Source: TPA_inf: Saccharomyces (Eukaryota). From it: a stretch of 64,000 nt of DNA. The translations under genes were made by a program, and so were the position numbers. Under the pieces are notes generated by a model that saw nothing but the letters and a program-made list of their open reading frames with translations, had not been told where the DNA came from and did not search any database. Position 1 is the first letter of the stretch. Each line of letters begins with the position of its first letter. The stretch lies in assembly GCA_000146045.2 (NCBI GenBank), contig BK006937.2, forward strand, positions 192,001-256,000, written 5' to 3'. Positions 31,454 to 41,124 of the stretch are shown in pieces.

Positions 31454-32230
31454 TTACGAGTCGAAGCCGGCCCTGACAACAGCTTCTCTTGCCGTAGAAT
31501 TGATGTGTTTAAACCGGTCGGGACCTATGTGGGCACCGCCGAACCAACGGGCCACCACAACGATGACGTTCCACACATCCATGATGGTGATGAGGTGCAG
31601 CATTCTGGAGCCGGCGGCCGTTTCACCGTCATCATCGGAATCTTGATATGTTGCCGCAGAGCCATCCTGCTTGATTCGCCATGCACTCATGACATGGTTT
31701 GCCTTACGCATCTTGGAGTCGGTCTTCAGTAGGTCTAGCATGGCAAACGCTTGTTCCTCGGAGGTAACATGTGCTGCAAAGGCCATGAAAGTCGAGCCTC
31801 TATCAGTAATGGGGTCCGACGCGGTCCAGCCCTCGAAGGGGTCTGTGGGAATGTCACTCTGCTGGACCGGTTCTGTCTCCTCCTCTGGTTCAACGTACAA
31901 GACACCGTCGAGTTCTGTGAGGAAGTCAAATAGACAGACAGATCCGCGGTGGAAAACAGAGTCCATCACTTCCTGGAACAAATGCTGAAGGTACTTGGTA
32001 TCGTAGAGATCGCGCTTAGCCAAAGAAGTGCAGACACCAACTTCGATGACATTAGGAGCCTCCTCGGAGGGGTAGTGTGTCGGGAAGGAGATCTGCAGTG
32101 TCATGTATTCATGCTGCGGCACTTTCACAACGATGATGCTTCCGTCTTCCTGCTTCTTGGAGAGAAGATCCGGATAGATGGCCTCGACGGCCTCCAGTTC
32201 TTCGACCAACTGTTCGTGATCGTCATCCAT
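31454..32230 (-). CDS. YIH1: RWD + IMPACT-domain protein, a Gcn2 regulator
   Basis: N-terminal RWD-like domain (EELEAVEAIYPD) and a C-terminal Impact domain. 258 aa. Confidence 0.85.
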   Translation of the reverse strand: MDDDHEQLVEELEAVEAIYPDLLSKKQEDGSIIVVKVPQHEYMTLQISFPTHYPSEEAPNVIEVGVCTSLAKRDLYDTKYLQHLFQEVMDSVFHRGSVCLFDFLTELDGVLYVEPEEETEPVQQSDIPTDPFEGWTASDPITDRGSTFMAFAAHVTSEEQAFAMLDLLKTDSKMRKANHVMSAWRIKQDGSAATYQDSDDDGETAAGSRMLHLITIMDVWNVIVVVARWFGGAHIGPDRFKHINSTAREAVVRAGFDS

Positions 32231-32398
32231 TGAGCTTTTCTTTCCTCTCTCTTTTTTTTTTCTTGTTACATATTCCTATATATATGTATATATATCTATA
32301 TATATATATATCCCAGCGTATATGACTGCACAAGACGCAATTTTCTTGAACGGTTTTTTCTTTTCAGCACTGCGAAAGAGAGAGCAACGGTAAAGAGC

Positions 32399-32734
32399 AT
32401 GAGCCAATTTGAAAAGCAGAAGGAACAGGGCAATTCTTTGTTCAAACAGGGCCTGTATCGCGAGGCTGTGCACTGTTATGACCAACTAATTACTGCTCAA
32501 CCGCAGAACCCGGTCGGGTACAGCAACAAAGCCATGGCGCTGATCAAACTGGGTGAATATACACAGGCTATTCAAATGTGCCAGCAAGGACTGCGGTACA
32601 CCTCAACGGCAGAGCATGTAGCTATCAGATCCAAATTGCAATATCGTCTAGAGCTGGCACAGGGAGCGGTAGGTTCAGTACAGATCCCTGTTGTAGAGGT
32701 TGATGAACTACCGGAGGGATACGACCGGTCCTGA
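32399..32734 (+). CDS. TAH1: Small TPR protein, Hsp90 co-chaperone (R2TP-associated)
   Basis: 111 aa with TPR repeats (GNSLFKQGLYREAVHCYDQLI...). Confidence 0.8.
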   Translation: MSQFEKQKEQGNSLFKQGLYREAVHCYDQLITAQPQNPVGYSNKAMALIKLGEYTQAIQMCQQGLRYTSTAEHVAIRSKLQYRLELAQGAVGSVQIPVVEVDELPEGYDRS

Positions 32735-32773
32735 GAAAAGAGAAAGGGAACACTTCTAATTTATCTTTAAAAT

Positions 32774-32797
32774 TATATATATATATATATATATATG
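32774..32797. repeat. (TA)12 dinucleotide microsatellite followed by (TG)3, just 3' of TAH1
   Basis: attatatatatatatatatatatatatgtgtgt. Confidence 0.85.
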
Positions 32798-32863
32798 TGT
32801 GTTTGTATACTCTGTGGGTATTTCCGTGTATATGGTTAATAATAGTAGTATCTTGTCAGTTTT

Positions 32864-32874
32864 TTTTATGTTTT
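32864..32874 (+). promoter_or_regulatory. ARS consensus sequence match, candidate core of replication origin ARS315
   Basis: TTTTATGTTTT is an 11/11 match to WTTTAYRTTTW. It sits in the AT-rich TAH1-YCR061W intergenic spacer where I recall ARS315 maps. Function cannot be proven from sequence. Confidence 0.5.
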
Positions 32875-33562
32875 TCTTCGCGCGTCAACTTTCTACCAAG
32901 AGAAAAACAATATAAGGTCTCCTTACTCTATAGGAGAATAAAACAAACAAAAATAAAAAGCACATCGTAGCGCCAAGAAAATACTGCAAATACCAAATAC
33001 CACAATAATACTACAATTATCTATACACAAGTGTTTTGCCGCTTAAAACTTCGATTTTCATAGTACGAAACTATACACCCTTGGTTTTTCTCTTTTCTAA
33101 ATACATATCTACCTTGTAAAGAATTTCCCGCACATCTTTGCGGGCATACAGTTCATGTATTGGCAACTAACGGAACTAAGGCAACATATCTTGCATATTG
33201 CAATGTTCACTATATAGATGAAAACTTATATCTAGGTTTCACGACACGAGAATAACTAAGAAGCACGATCCATGATATAGAAAAATCAGTTACGACGAAG
33301 CACGGCAAATTAGCCGCCGAAGACCGATATTTTTGCCACCGGTCACAGTTTTCTTTTCCACGGAGCTCTTCGCGGTTTTTTTGTTCCGGATTTTTTTTAC
33401 CGGCTCTTAGCGGACCGTTTTGGTTATAAGGGGAGTGGCAGCGGCGGTAGACACTGCGCTCTATAAGAATACTTGCAAGGGTCTTGTCTATTGTATAATT
33501 CGCTAGTATTTGTTTTGCATTGTACTCTTAATACCCCAACCAAAAACAAAATAGTGAGAGTA

Positions 33563-35458
33563 ATGGTGCGTTTTGTTTCAATTTTAAGTTTATTCGGCTG
33601 CGCGGCGACGCTTGTCACGGCCCATGATGACATGGACATGGACATGGATATGGACATGGATATGGACATGAATATCGATACGACAACGTCTCAATCCATA
33701 GATGTCTCATCCACGGCTTCAATCGTCCCCGTGCCACATGAACCAAAACATTTGCATGGCCTTCCTATACTGCAATCGCCCTCGCTTACCCCTGCGGAGA
33801 GATTGTACTGGGAAAACTACAACACCACAACCTACTTTACTACACAGGCTGGGAATAGGTCTGCCCTTCGCTACCACATTATTACGCTGCTCTTGGTTGC
33901 ATTTGTGCTCTACCCTGTGTCCCTGGCGCTAAGCGCCGCCCGTTCTAGGTGGTACTTACCCCTGCTGTTTGTTAATCTATGCATTTGTATTTCGTCCGTA
34001 ATGGCATTGTCCGTGTTCAAAAATACTTTCCCGGAAGAAGACTGGTATGCGCATAATATCTATGGCACCACTTCTGTGCTACTTCTCGTTTTTATGCTTG
34101 TTCACTTCTTCGCTGCGGTGCTTTCTGTCCCCGTCTCATTAGCATCGAAAAAGGAGTACCGTCCGGTTGACACCATCCCTCTGAATGATCTTGAATCTAC
34201 GCCCGTCATGGTGAATAGTGCACGTGGCTCTCCAAGTCCTTCTTCCAACAGAGACACGTTGTTCTCGCTCTCTTCAGACACCACGACCGCCACGGCCACC
34301 AATAATAATAAACGGAGACGCGCTGAAGGCGAAGACGAGGGTGATAACACCTCCAACCACGACACTTTGCGCGACGAAGACTACGATAATGATGACGACG
34401 AAATTGCTTCCATTGAAGCGCCACCTCTGCTTCCTCAAGACATACCCGTTTTCCGAATCTTGTTTACCAACACGAAGTACCAGATGCTTGCCGCGCACCT
34501 CTCGTGCGTCGCCAACGTGGTCTTTCACATGCTTACCTACCCGCTATTCATGTACATCTTTGTAGACCTAATCATCGGCTTCGCTGTAGGTAACTTGCTC
34601 GGCAAGGGCATCCGCATCTTTAATCTCTTGGCCCACTGGATTAAGGGCGGCGTATTTTTTACTCTGGGCGTTGTCTCTTTAGCAAGATACTGCGGTTTCG
34701 CAGCTAAGTACGGCTGGGCATGGAACAACATCAGCTTCACCTCTCAACTCACACAAACGCGTTCCTCCAATCTTCTTTTCCGGTTTGCTCCTGCGGGGAC
34801 TTTCACCATGGAATTCGTTGAATCCTTCCTCATTTTCTTTTACGGGTCCACCAACATCTTCTTGGAGCACCTGGCAGGAAACGGCGGCGCATGGACTGCC
34901 AAGGATTTACAGCATGTGTCGATCGCGTTTATGTTCATAGGAACCGGATTGTGTGGGCTACTCACGGAGTACAAGCTCAACCATTGGCGATTCGAGCATG
35001 CCCGCAAACGGCCACAGACCGATGTAGTTGCTGCCACACCGGGGTACTCTCCAAACCCGTTCCCCGCTTTCACCATATTTTGGACTGGGATTCTGATGTC
35101 CCAGCACGCACAGTCCTCGCAATTTTCTACTACCATTCACACGCAATGGGGATACTTGTTGTCCTATGGGTCCTTCTTCCGTCTGCTAACATTTTTGATT
35201 CTGTTTTTGGTGCCCAACACCAACAGTGCCGCATCCAAGCCTTTCACGGAGTTGATCACCTCGTTCTGTCTCCTCTGTGGTGGTCTGGTATTTATGGAGT
35301 CCACGGATCAGTCCATTGAAGCCATGGAATATAGGGGGTTTACCCCCATGTTCACTTTCAACCTCAGTGTTGGATTCGTTTCTTTGTTGATGGCTTGGGA
35401 AATGATTTTATTTATTTGGAAAGACTGGCTCATCAAAACCAGGAAAACCAGTCTTTAA
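33563..35458 (+). CDS. Multi-pass membrane protein of unknown function (YCR061W-like). It has an N-terminal signal peptide followed by a (DM)7 repeat.
   Basis: Signal-like MVRFVSILSLFGCAATLVTA, then HDDMDMDMDMDMDMDMN. There are about 10 TM segments and an acidic loop. The start was taken at the internal ATG 33563, giving 631 aa. Confidence 0.8.
   Translation: MVRFVSILSLFGCAATLVTAHDDMDMDMDMDMDMDMNIDTTTSQSIDVSSTASIVPVPHEPKHLHGLPILQSPSLTPAERLYWENYNTTTYFTTQAGNRSALRYHIITLLLVAFVLYPVSLALSAARSRWYLPLLFVNLCICISSVMALSVFKNTFPEEDWYAHNIYGTTSVLLLVFMLVHFFAAVLSVPVSLASKKEYRPVDTIPLNDLESTPVMVNSARGSPSPSSNRDTLFSLSSDTTTATATNNNKRRRAEGEDEGDNTSNHDTLRDEDYDNDDDEIASIEAPPLLPQDIPVFRILFTNTKYQMLAAHLSCVANVVFHMLTYPLFMYIFVDLIIGFAVGNLLGKGIRIFNLLAHWIKGGVFFTLGVVSLARYCGFAAKYGWAWNNISFTSQLTQTRSSNLLFRFAPAGTFTMEFVESFLIFFYGSTNIFLEHLAGNGGAWTAKDLQHVSIAFMFIGTGLCGLLTEYKLNHWRFEHARKRPQTDVVAATPGYSPNPFPAFTIFWTGILMSQHAQSSQFSTTIHTQWGYLLSYGSFFRLLTFLILFLVPNTNSAASKPFTELITSFCLLCGGLVFMESTDQSIEAMEYRGFTPMFTFNLSVGFVSLLMAWEMILFIWKDWLIKTRKTSL
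33629..33670 (+). repeat. (GAYATG)7 hexanucleotide repeat encoding (Asp-Met)7 inside YCR061W
   Basis: gacatggacatggacatggatatggacatggatatggacatg. Confidence 0.9.
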
Positions 35459-35941
35459 CCGCCATAATGGCTTTTCTTTTTTCTTTTTTTTTTCACCCCC
35501 CCCTCATCTTTGAGTGAGAAGCTTATATGCTTTACTTTTCCTCACCTACTTTTTAATTCTTAATTATTAGTTTATCCAGCATTCAGTCAATTCTGAATGC
35601 GTTATCGCTTCCTCAAAATTTATAAAAATGAATAAGCAAGATCTCATTGGAATTGAGTTCAATGACGATTATTGAGGGCCCATACCTGATAAAAGTGAAT
35701 ATATTATGTATAATGACTCTACTGGAGGTTCTCTCTGAGAATGTAAAATAATCCACAAAAGACATGAAAATTAGTTACTCTACATAATGTATAATAAGTT
35801 CTTCCTTCCTTTTTTCTTTTTTTAGTTTTTCTACTCACCATCCTACCTACGCCAAGCTGCTCTACTGTCTTGGATCTGTGAAAAAACGCCTAGAAACATG
35901 TATAAAACCTACCGCTTTAAACCATAATTTCAAATCGAAAT

Positions 35942-36042
35942 GGCACTATGGCCGAGTGGTTAAGGCGAGAGACTCGAATGGAATAAAAAGTTCGGCTATC
36001 TCTTGGGCTCTGCCCGCGCTGGTTCAAATCCTGCTGGTGTCG
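35942..36042 (+). tRNA. SUP61: tRNA-Ser (anticodon CGA) with a ~19-nt intron 3' of the anticodon. This is the SUP61 locus.
   Basis: GGCACTATGGCCGAGTGGTTAAGGCGAGAGACTCGAA[intron]...GGTTCAAATCCTGCTGGTGTCG. Box A TGGCCGAGTGG and box B GGTTCAAATCC are present, as is the long variable arm of a class II tRNA. A T-run follows the 3' end. Confidence 0.92.
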
Positions 36043-36055
36043 TTTAATTTTTTTT
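36043..36055 (+). terminator. RNA polymerase III terminator (T-tract) for the tRNA-Ser gene
   Basis: TTTAATTTTTTTT lies immediately downstream of the tRNA 3' end. Confidence 0.8.
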
Positions 36056-36317
36056 AAATAACATCGTTGATTAAAACAATCCTATTCACTGCAGTCACAG
36101 ACTTAGCACATTTACAACCAGTACAAGATCAATCACACGCGTTGTGGTAGGAACTTTGACGATGATACTGCGTTGGCTCTTGAACGCATAGTACATTTGT
36201 CGTTCACAACGGAAAGTGAAATACTGAAAAAAAAAGAAAAATTTTCTTAGGGACTCATCATCAATGTAAACACCTCTACAGCCGTCAAGACTAGCAAAGC
36301 TCACCTCACAAAACGAC

Positions 36318-36791
36318 ATGCCGCGCATAAAGACCAGAAGATCCAAGCCTGCACCTGACGGGTTCGAAAAAATCAAGCCAACCCTCACAGATTTCGAAAT
36401 CCAACTCAGAGATGCCCAAAAGGACAAGTCGTCTAAGCTCGCAGCAAAGTCCAATGAGCAGCTCTGGGAGATAATGCAACTCCACCACCAGCGCTCTAGA
36501 TACATATATACTCTGTACTACAAGAGAAAGGCCATCTCCAAAGACCTTTACGATTGGTTGATAAAGGAAAAGTATGCTGATAAATTGCTAATTGCCAAAT
36601 GGCGCAAAACCGGGTATGAAAAACTGTGCTGTCTGCGCTGCATTCAAAAGAACGAAACTAACAACGGTAGCACTTGCATCTGCAGGGTGCCTCGTGCACA
36701 GTTAGAGGAAGAAGCACGCAAAAAGGGCACACAGGTGTCCTTCCATCAGTGCGTCCACTGCGGCTGCCGTGGATGTGCAAGCACAGACTAA
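36318..36791 (+). CDS. BUD31: G10/BUD31 family splicing factor with Cys-rich zinc-binding motifs
   Basis: Full 157-aa match to MPRIKTRRSKPAPDGFEKIKPTL...CVHCGCRGCASTD. Confidence 0.92.
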   Translation: MPRIKTRRSKPAPDGFEKIKPTLTDFEIQLRDAQKDKSSKLAAKSNEQLWEIMQLHHQRSRYIYTLYYKRKAISKDLYDWLIKEKYADKLLIAKWRKTGYEKLCCLRCIQKNETNNGSTCICRVPRAQLEEEARKKGTQVSFHQCVHCGCRGCASTD

Positions 36792-36908
36792 CGACTATAT
36801 GCACGTTGCAGTATTGTTCTGGCCATGTAATTATCTCTCTCCCAACGTTTTAGAAGAGGTTTTCGTCTCCTTCGTCAAAGACGACCACTTTCCCATTTTG
36901 GTCATTGG

Positions 36909-36997
36909 AACGCGAAAAAACAAAACAGACGCGAGAACGCGACGCGAAAAAATATATTTTTCCGTTTTTTTTTTTTTTCGGAACAAAGATAACGCGT
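36909..36997. promoter_or_regulatory. Cluster of SBF/MBF-type cell-cycle boxes (CGCGAAA x2, ACGCGT) about 310-400 bp upstream of HCM1
   Basis: CGCGAAAAAA at 36911, ACGCGAAAA at 36942 and ACGCGT (MluI box) at 36992, followed by a T16 tract. Confidence 0.6.
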
Positions 36998-37309
36998 TAA
37001 AACCTGTGGATGTAATAAGGATCTGAAACACTGACTAAAACGCGTCCTCATTTAAAATCAAAAAATTACTTCTTCTCCTCCCTTACGGTGCCCTTTGATC
37101 CTTCTCAAACTTTAAATATATGTTGCATGATTAATTGAAAATCATATAGAGTATATCTTAACAGAGGTTCCAACGCTTTAAATCGTATTCTATTCTTTTC
37201 CCCCCTTTTATTATAGTTACATCTACTATTTGAGCTTCTTTTATTGACCGAAACTACCTCTTATTTCGAAGCAAAAAAAAAAAAAATCAACAAAAATTCC
37301 AACTTTTCA

Positions 37310-39004
37310 ATGATGAATGAAGACATATCCATCATTGATGGCCATAATAGTTTTTTAACGGAAAAAAGCACCGTGCTATTAACCCAAGCCAAGAGAACAC
37401 TAGAAGACGAAAAGGAAATGATTACTCCCCCGAGCTCAACTGTGAGAAAAACAATGAAGGAAGTAAATAAGAGGCCGTCGCATCCCCTCTCACCGGATCA
37501 CTCGTCCCCAATTGCTCCATCTAAGGCCAAGCGCCAAAGATCGGACACATGCGCTCGGTCCAATGGTAACCTAACCTTGGAAGAAATTCTTCAATCTTTG
37601 GAAAGAAGAAGAATAAATGGTGAACTCGCCAAGAAACCTCCATATTCGTATGCAACTTTGATTTGCTTGGCCATTTTGCAATCTCAGGAGGGAAAGCTAA
37701 CGCTATCCCAGATATATCATTGGATCCACGTTCACTTCCCTTATTACAAGCAGAAAGATGCTAGTTGGCAAAATTCAATAAGACATAACTTGTCTTTAAA
37801 TGATGCGTTCATCAAGACTGAAAAGTCCTGCGATGGTAAGGGTCATTTCTGGGAGGTCAGACCGGGTGCCGAAACAAAATTTTTCAAAGGTGAAAATCGT
37901 GGTTATGAATTTGTAAAGGACTCCTTACAAGACATTGGGAAGTATTTTGAAATAGATTCTACACTTGATGAATTAGAACAAGTTGAGAGTGGAGAAGGCA
38001 ATGATGATCTTCCTGACGAGGAAGAAAGAGAGGAAGCAGGGAAATTCCCTTCCATTGAAATTCAATTGAACTCCTCCCCTATACTGAGAGTTTCCCAGTT
38101 ACATCACATACCGCAATTGAAAACAGACAACAGTGTACTGAACCCTCACGAAAACCTAGAATCGATGCGGAACATGATAGAAAACGATGTCAACAATATA
38201 GATTCCTTGGAACCTCCTTATGTCATGAAGAAATATCATACTTCTTTAGGCTTACCGTCGCTGGTGAATGCCAAAGATCATTTCCAGGCGGGTGTGAAAA
38301 ACAATAATATCACCCAGGCAAATAGATTTAATACACTCCCTATAACTAGCGCAAAGTCTCCTCAGAATTTCAGAAAATATTTCACCTCATTCAATTCAAA
38401 TTTTGAAGATTTATCTCCACTTCGAAGTAATGTAGGGGCTGGTTCTCTACTCGACCCACTTCCGTATTCCCCATTGAAGCTGTACGATCAGAAAAATCTT
38501 GCGCTCATGTCGAAACCACAATCTCAGCAATCATATTCCAATTCTCAACTTCCACCTCCACCTTCCTCTCATGGTTCGGACTTACTTAAAACACCCAAGA
38601 TGAGGCATTCCGATGGCTTAGAGAAAACCCCATCGCGGTTGATAAGCACACCTAAGGACGGTAACTCGATTTTGAGGAAATGGCAGACTCCTTCACACCT
38701 TTTTGAAGATTTGTACTGTTCTCCGCTATTTAGAGCTATAGAGACTCCAATCAGGTATATCACGACGCCGGGGGGCACTTTGGAAACCCAAATTTCACCA
38801 AGAAAGTCCTCTGCACCCGATGTCCTCACAAGCGCAACGAATTCCAAATTTGCTTCAAGCGGGCTGTTTGGCGTGGATGTTTATTCTGTTTGGAAGCGCG
38901 CAACTGAAAAGATTTCTGATGGTAACAATACTACGGATAGCAATCAAAAACATCATCCTTATCATAATCACCCTTCCAACGATAGCGGTAATGAAAAGAA
39001 TTGA
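37310..39004 (+). CDS. HCM1: Forkhead (winged-helix) transcription factor
   Basis: Forkhead domain KPPYSYATLICLAILQSQEGKLTLSQIYHWIHVHFPYY...WQNSIRHNLSLN. The start was taken at MMNEDISII, giving 564 aa. The track's upstream start is preceded by an A13 tract and is unlikely to be used. Confidence 0.9.
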   Translation: MMNEDISIIDGHNSFLTEKSTVLLTQAKRTLEDEKEMITPPSSTVRKTMKEVNKRPSHPLSPDHSSPIAPSKAKRQRSDTCARSNGNLTLEEILQSLERRRINGELAKKPPYSYATLICLAILQSQEGKLTLSQIYHWIHVHFPYYKQKDASWQNSIRHNLSLNDAFIKTEKSCDGKGHFWEVRPGAETKFFKGENRGYEFVKDSLQDIGKYFEIDSTLDELEQVESGEGNDDLPDEEEREEAGKFPSIEIQLNSSPILRVSQLHHIPQLKTDNSVLNPHENLESMRNMIENDVNNIDSLEPPYVMKKYHTSLGLPSLVNAKDHFQAGVKNNNITQANRFNTLPITSAKSPQNFRKYFTSFNSNFEDLSPLRSNVGAGSLLDPLPYSPLKLYDQKNLALMSKPQSQQSYSNSQLPPPPSSHGSDLLKTPKMRHSDGLEKTPSRLISTPKDGNSILRKWQTPSHLFEDLYCSPLFRAIETPIRYITTPGGTLETQISPRKSSAPDVLTSATNSKFASSGLFGVDVYSVWKRATEKISDGNNTTDSNQKHHPYHNHPSNDSGNEKN

Positions 39005-39499
39005 CTTTTTTTTTTTTTTTTTTTCATTTTCTTTTCCTCACCGAAAACTAATTATTCTTAATCTGATGGATTCATCGCAAACGGTTGGATGAGTCCTAAA
39101 CTGGGCTGGAGTTATCATATCACATAGCATTTTCTTTTTAATCTTATTGTATTGTCGGGTCAACTAACTTCTTTTCCCGCTCTTCTATGGTATAATCAAT
39201 TGCAGAAGAGGCAGGAAAAAATTGTAATCATAACAAAAATGATACAAATTTTTTTTCTAAGTTTTATATTTTACATATCTTTATTTTTGATCCTTACGGA
39301 TTTTTAATACAGTATTTAGCTGAAGTTTCCATTCACTTCACTTACCTTTTTGATCTCTTTTATTTTTACTTGCCCCGTTGCCTTGCATTTTTCAATAGAA
39401 AGTGAAAAACTAAGTACCACTTGAGCAATGCCACATTAGAAGAAAAACCATCCGCAAGTGAGCATCACAGCTACTAAGAAAAGGCCATTTTTACTACTC

Positions 39500-40963
39500 A
39501 TGGACCACCAAATAACCACTGCAAGCGACTTCACGACTACTTCAATACCGAGCCTGTACCAATTGGATACACTTTTGAGATGTCACATTTGTAAAGATTT
39601 TCTAAAAGTCCCCGTCTTAACACCTTGTGGCCATACATTTTGTTCCCTTTGTATTAGAACACATTTGAATAACCAACCAAATTGTCCTCTCTGCCTTTTC
39701 GAGTTCAGAGAGTCCTTGCTGAGAAGTGAGTTCCTGGTCAGTGAAATAATTCAAAGTTATACATCCCTACGATCTTCCTTACTAGATGCACTAAGGATAC
39801 CGAAGCCTACCCCTGTCCCTGAGAATGAGGAAGTACCAGGTCCTGAAAATTCTTCATGGATAGAACTCATATCAGAGTCTGAAAGTGACAGTGTAAATGC
39901 CGCTGATGATGACTTGCAAATTGTTGCAACAAGTGAAAGAAAACTTGCCAAAAGATCCATGACTGATATATTACCACTGAGTTCCAAACCATCCAAAAGG
40001 AATTTTGCAATGTTCAGAAGTGAACGTATCAAGAAAAAATCAAAGCCAAATGAACAAATGGCCCAGTGCCCCATATGTCAACAATTTTATCCTCTTAAAG
40101 CCCTTGAAAAAACACATTTGGATGAATGCCTAACTTTACAATCACTAGGCAAAAAACCAAAAATTTCTACCACTTTCCCTACAGAGTCAAATCCACATAA
40201 CAAAAGTTCATCCAGATTCAAGGTACGAACTCCAGAAGTCGACAAAAGCTCATGTGGTGAGACCTCACATGTGGATAAGTATTTAAACTCAATGATGAGT
40301 GCAGAACACCAAAGATTGCCGAAGATCAATTTTACGTCTATGACTCAATCCCAAATAAAACAAAAACTGTCATCGTTGGGACTGTCAACTAATGGTACTA
40401 GGCAAAACATGATTAAAAGATACAATCACTACGAAATGCTTTGGAATTCTAATTTTTGTGATTCTCTAGAACCTGTTGATGAAGCTGAACTAAAAAGACA
40501 GTTGTTAAGCTGGGATGTTTCACACAATAAAACCCCCCAAAATAGTAGCAACAAGGGTGGAATTTCTAAATTAATGATAATGAAGAGTAATGGGAAATCT
40601 TCTTCATATAGGAAATTACTTGAAAATTTCAAAAACGATAAATTTAATAGGAAAGGATGGATGGTTATGTTTCGGAAGGATTTTGCTAGGCTTATCAGGG
40701 AAGCAAAAATGAAAATAAAAACAGGTTCATCGGACAGTTCAGGTTCAGTGGGACATTCTAATGATGGAGATGGTGTTGAAAAAGTTCAAAGTGACCAGGG
40801 AACCGAGGATCAGCAAATGGAGAAGGATCAGGACACTGTTATCAACGAAGATAGAGTTGCTGGTGAAAGAAATTTGCCTAACGAAGATTCAACTGATGCT
40901 GACTTATCAAGAGAATTAATGGACTTGAATGAATATAGTAAAGACCCACCCGGTAACAATTAA
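39500..40963 (+). CDS. RAD18: E3 ubiquitin ligase with a RING finger and SAP domain, acting in post-replication repair
   Basis: C3HC4 RING CHICKDFLKVPVLTPCGHTFCSLCIRTHLNNQPNCPLC and a later SAP-like segment. The start was taken at MDHQITTASD (487 aa). Confidence 0.9.
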   Translation: MDHQITTASDFTTTSIPSLYQLDTLLRCHICKDFLKVPVLTPCGHTFCSLCIRTHLNNQPNCPLCLFEFRESLLRSEFLVSEIIQSYTSLRSSLLDALRIPKPTPVPENEEVPGPENSSWIELISESESDSVNAADDDLQIVATSERKLAKRSMTDILPLSSKPSKRNFAMFRSERIKKKSKPNEQMAQCPICQQFYPLKALEKTHLDECLTLQSLGKKPKISTTFPTESNPHNKSSSRFKVRTPEVDKSSCGETSHVDKYLNSMMSAEHQRLPKINFTSMTQSQIKQKLSSLGLSTNGTRQNMIKRYNHYEMLWNSNFCDSLEPVDEAELKRQLLSWDVSHNKTPQNSSNKGGISKLMIMKSNGKSSSYRKLLENFKNDKFNRKGWMVMFRKDFARLIREAKMKIKTGSSDSSGSVGHSNDGDGVEKVQSDQGTEDQQMEKDQDTVINEDRVAGERNLPNEDSTDADLSRELMDLNEYSKDPPGNN

Positions 40964-41124
40964 GGTGTGTATATGTAATCAGGCCTGTTTGTTAGCTTGT
41001 GCACATTTGTTAATTAATAATTTATTTAAAAATGGGCAAAATATAAATGCATAAAAGATGACATAGAGATATGTGCACAAAGCTATGTAATCATATTTAA
41101 CATTAATATATATTATTTCGTTAT

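Noticed and set aside
33424-33669. 81-aa minus-strand ORF beginning MSISMSISMSMSMS
   Set aside because: It is the antisense reading of the (DM)7 repeat of YCR061W. It crosses the YCR061W start codon and the promoter GC-rich region.
35680-35940. Possible Ty LTR (delta/sigma) remnant upstream of the tRNA-Ser gene
   Set aside because: I looked for LTR termini (TGTTG...CAACA) and characteristic internal strings and could not recognise any. It is probably ordinary upstream sequence, but a BLAST against Ty LTRs is needed to be sure.
36095-36505. 136-aa minus-strand ORF overlapping the BUD31 5' end and the tRNA downstream region (likely the dubious ORF YCR064C)
   Set aside because: It overlaps a conserved gene on the opposite strand and crosses a Pol III terminator. 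It has no domain signature.
37244-37309. Upstream in-frame ATGs extending HCM1 (37244) and RAD18 (39458) in the ORF track
   Set aside because: The extensions run through an A13 tract (HCM1) or add 14 non-conserved residues (RAD18). The known proteins begin at MMNEDIS and MDHQITT, and the downstream ATGs have a better context.
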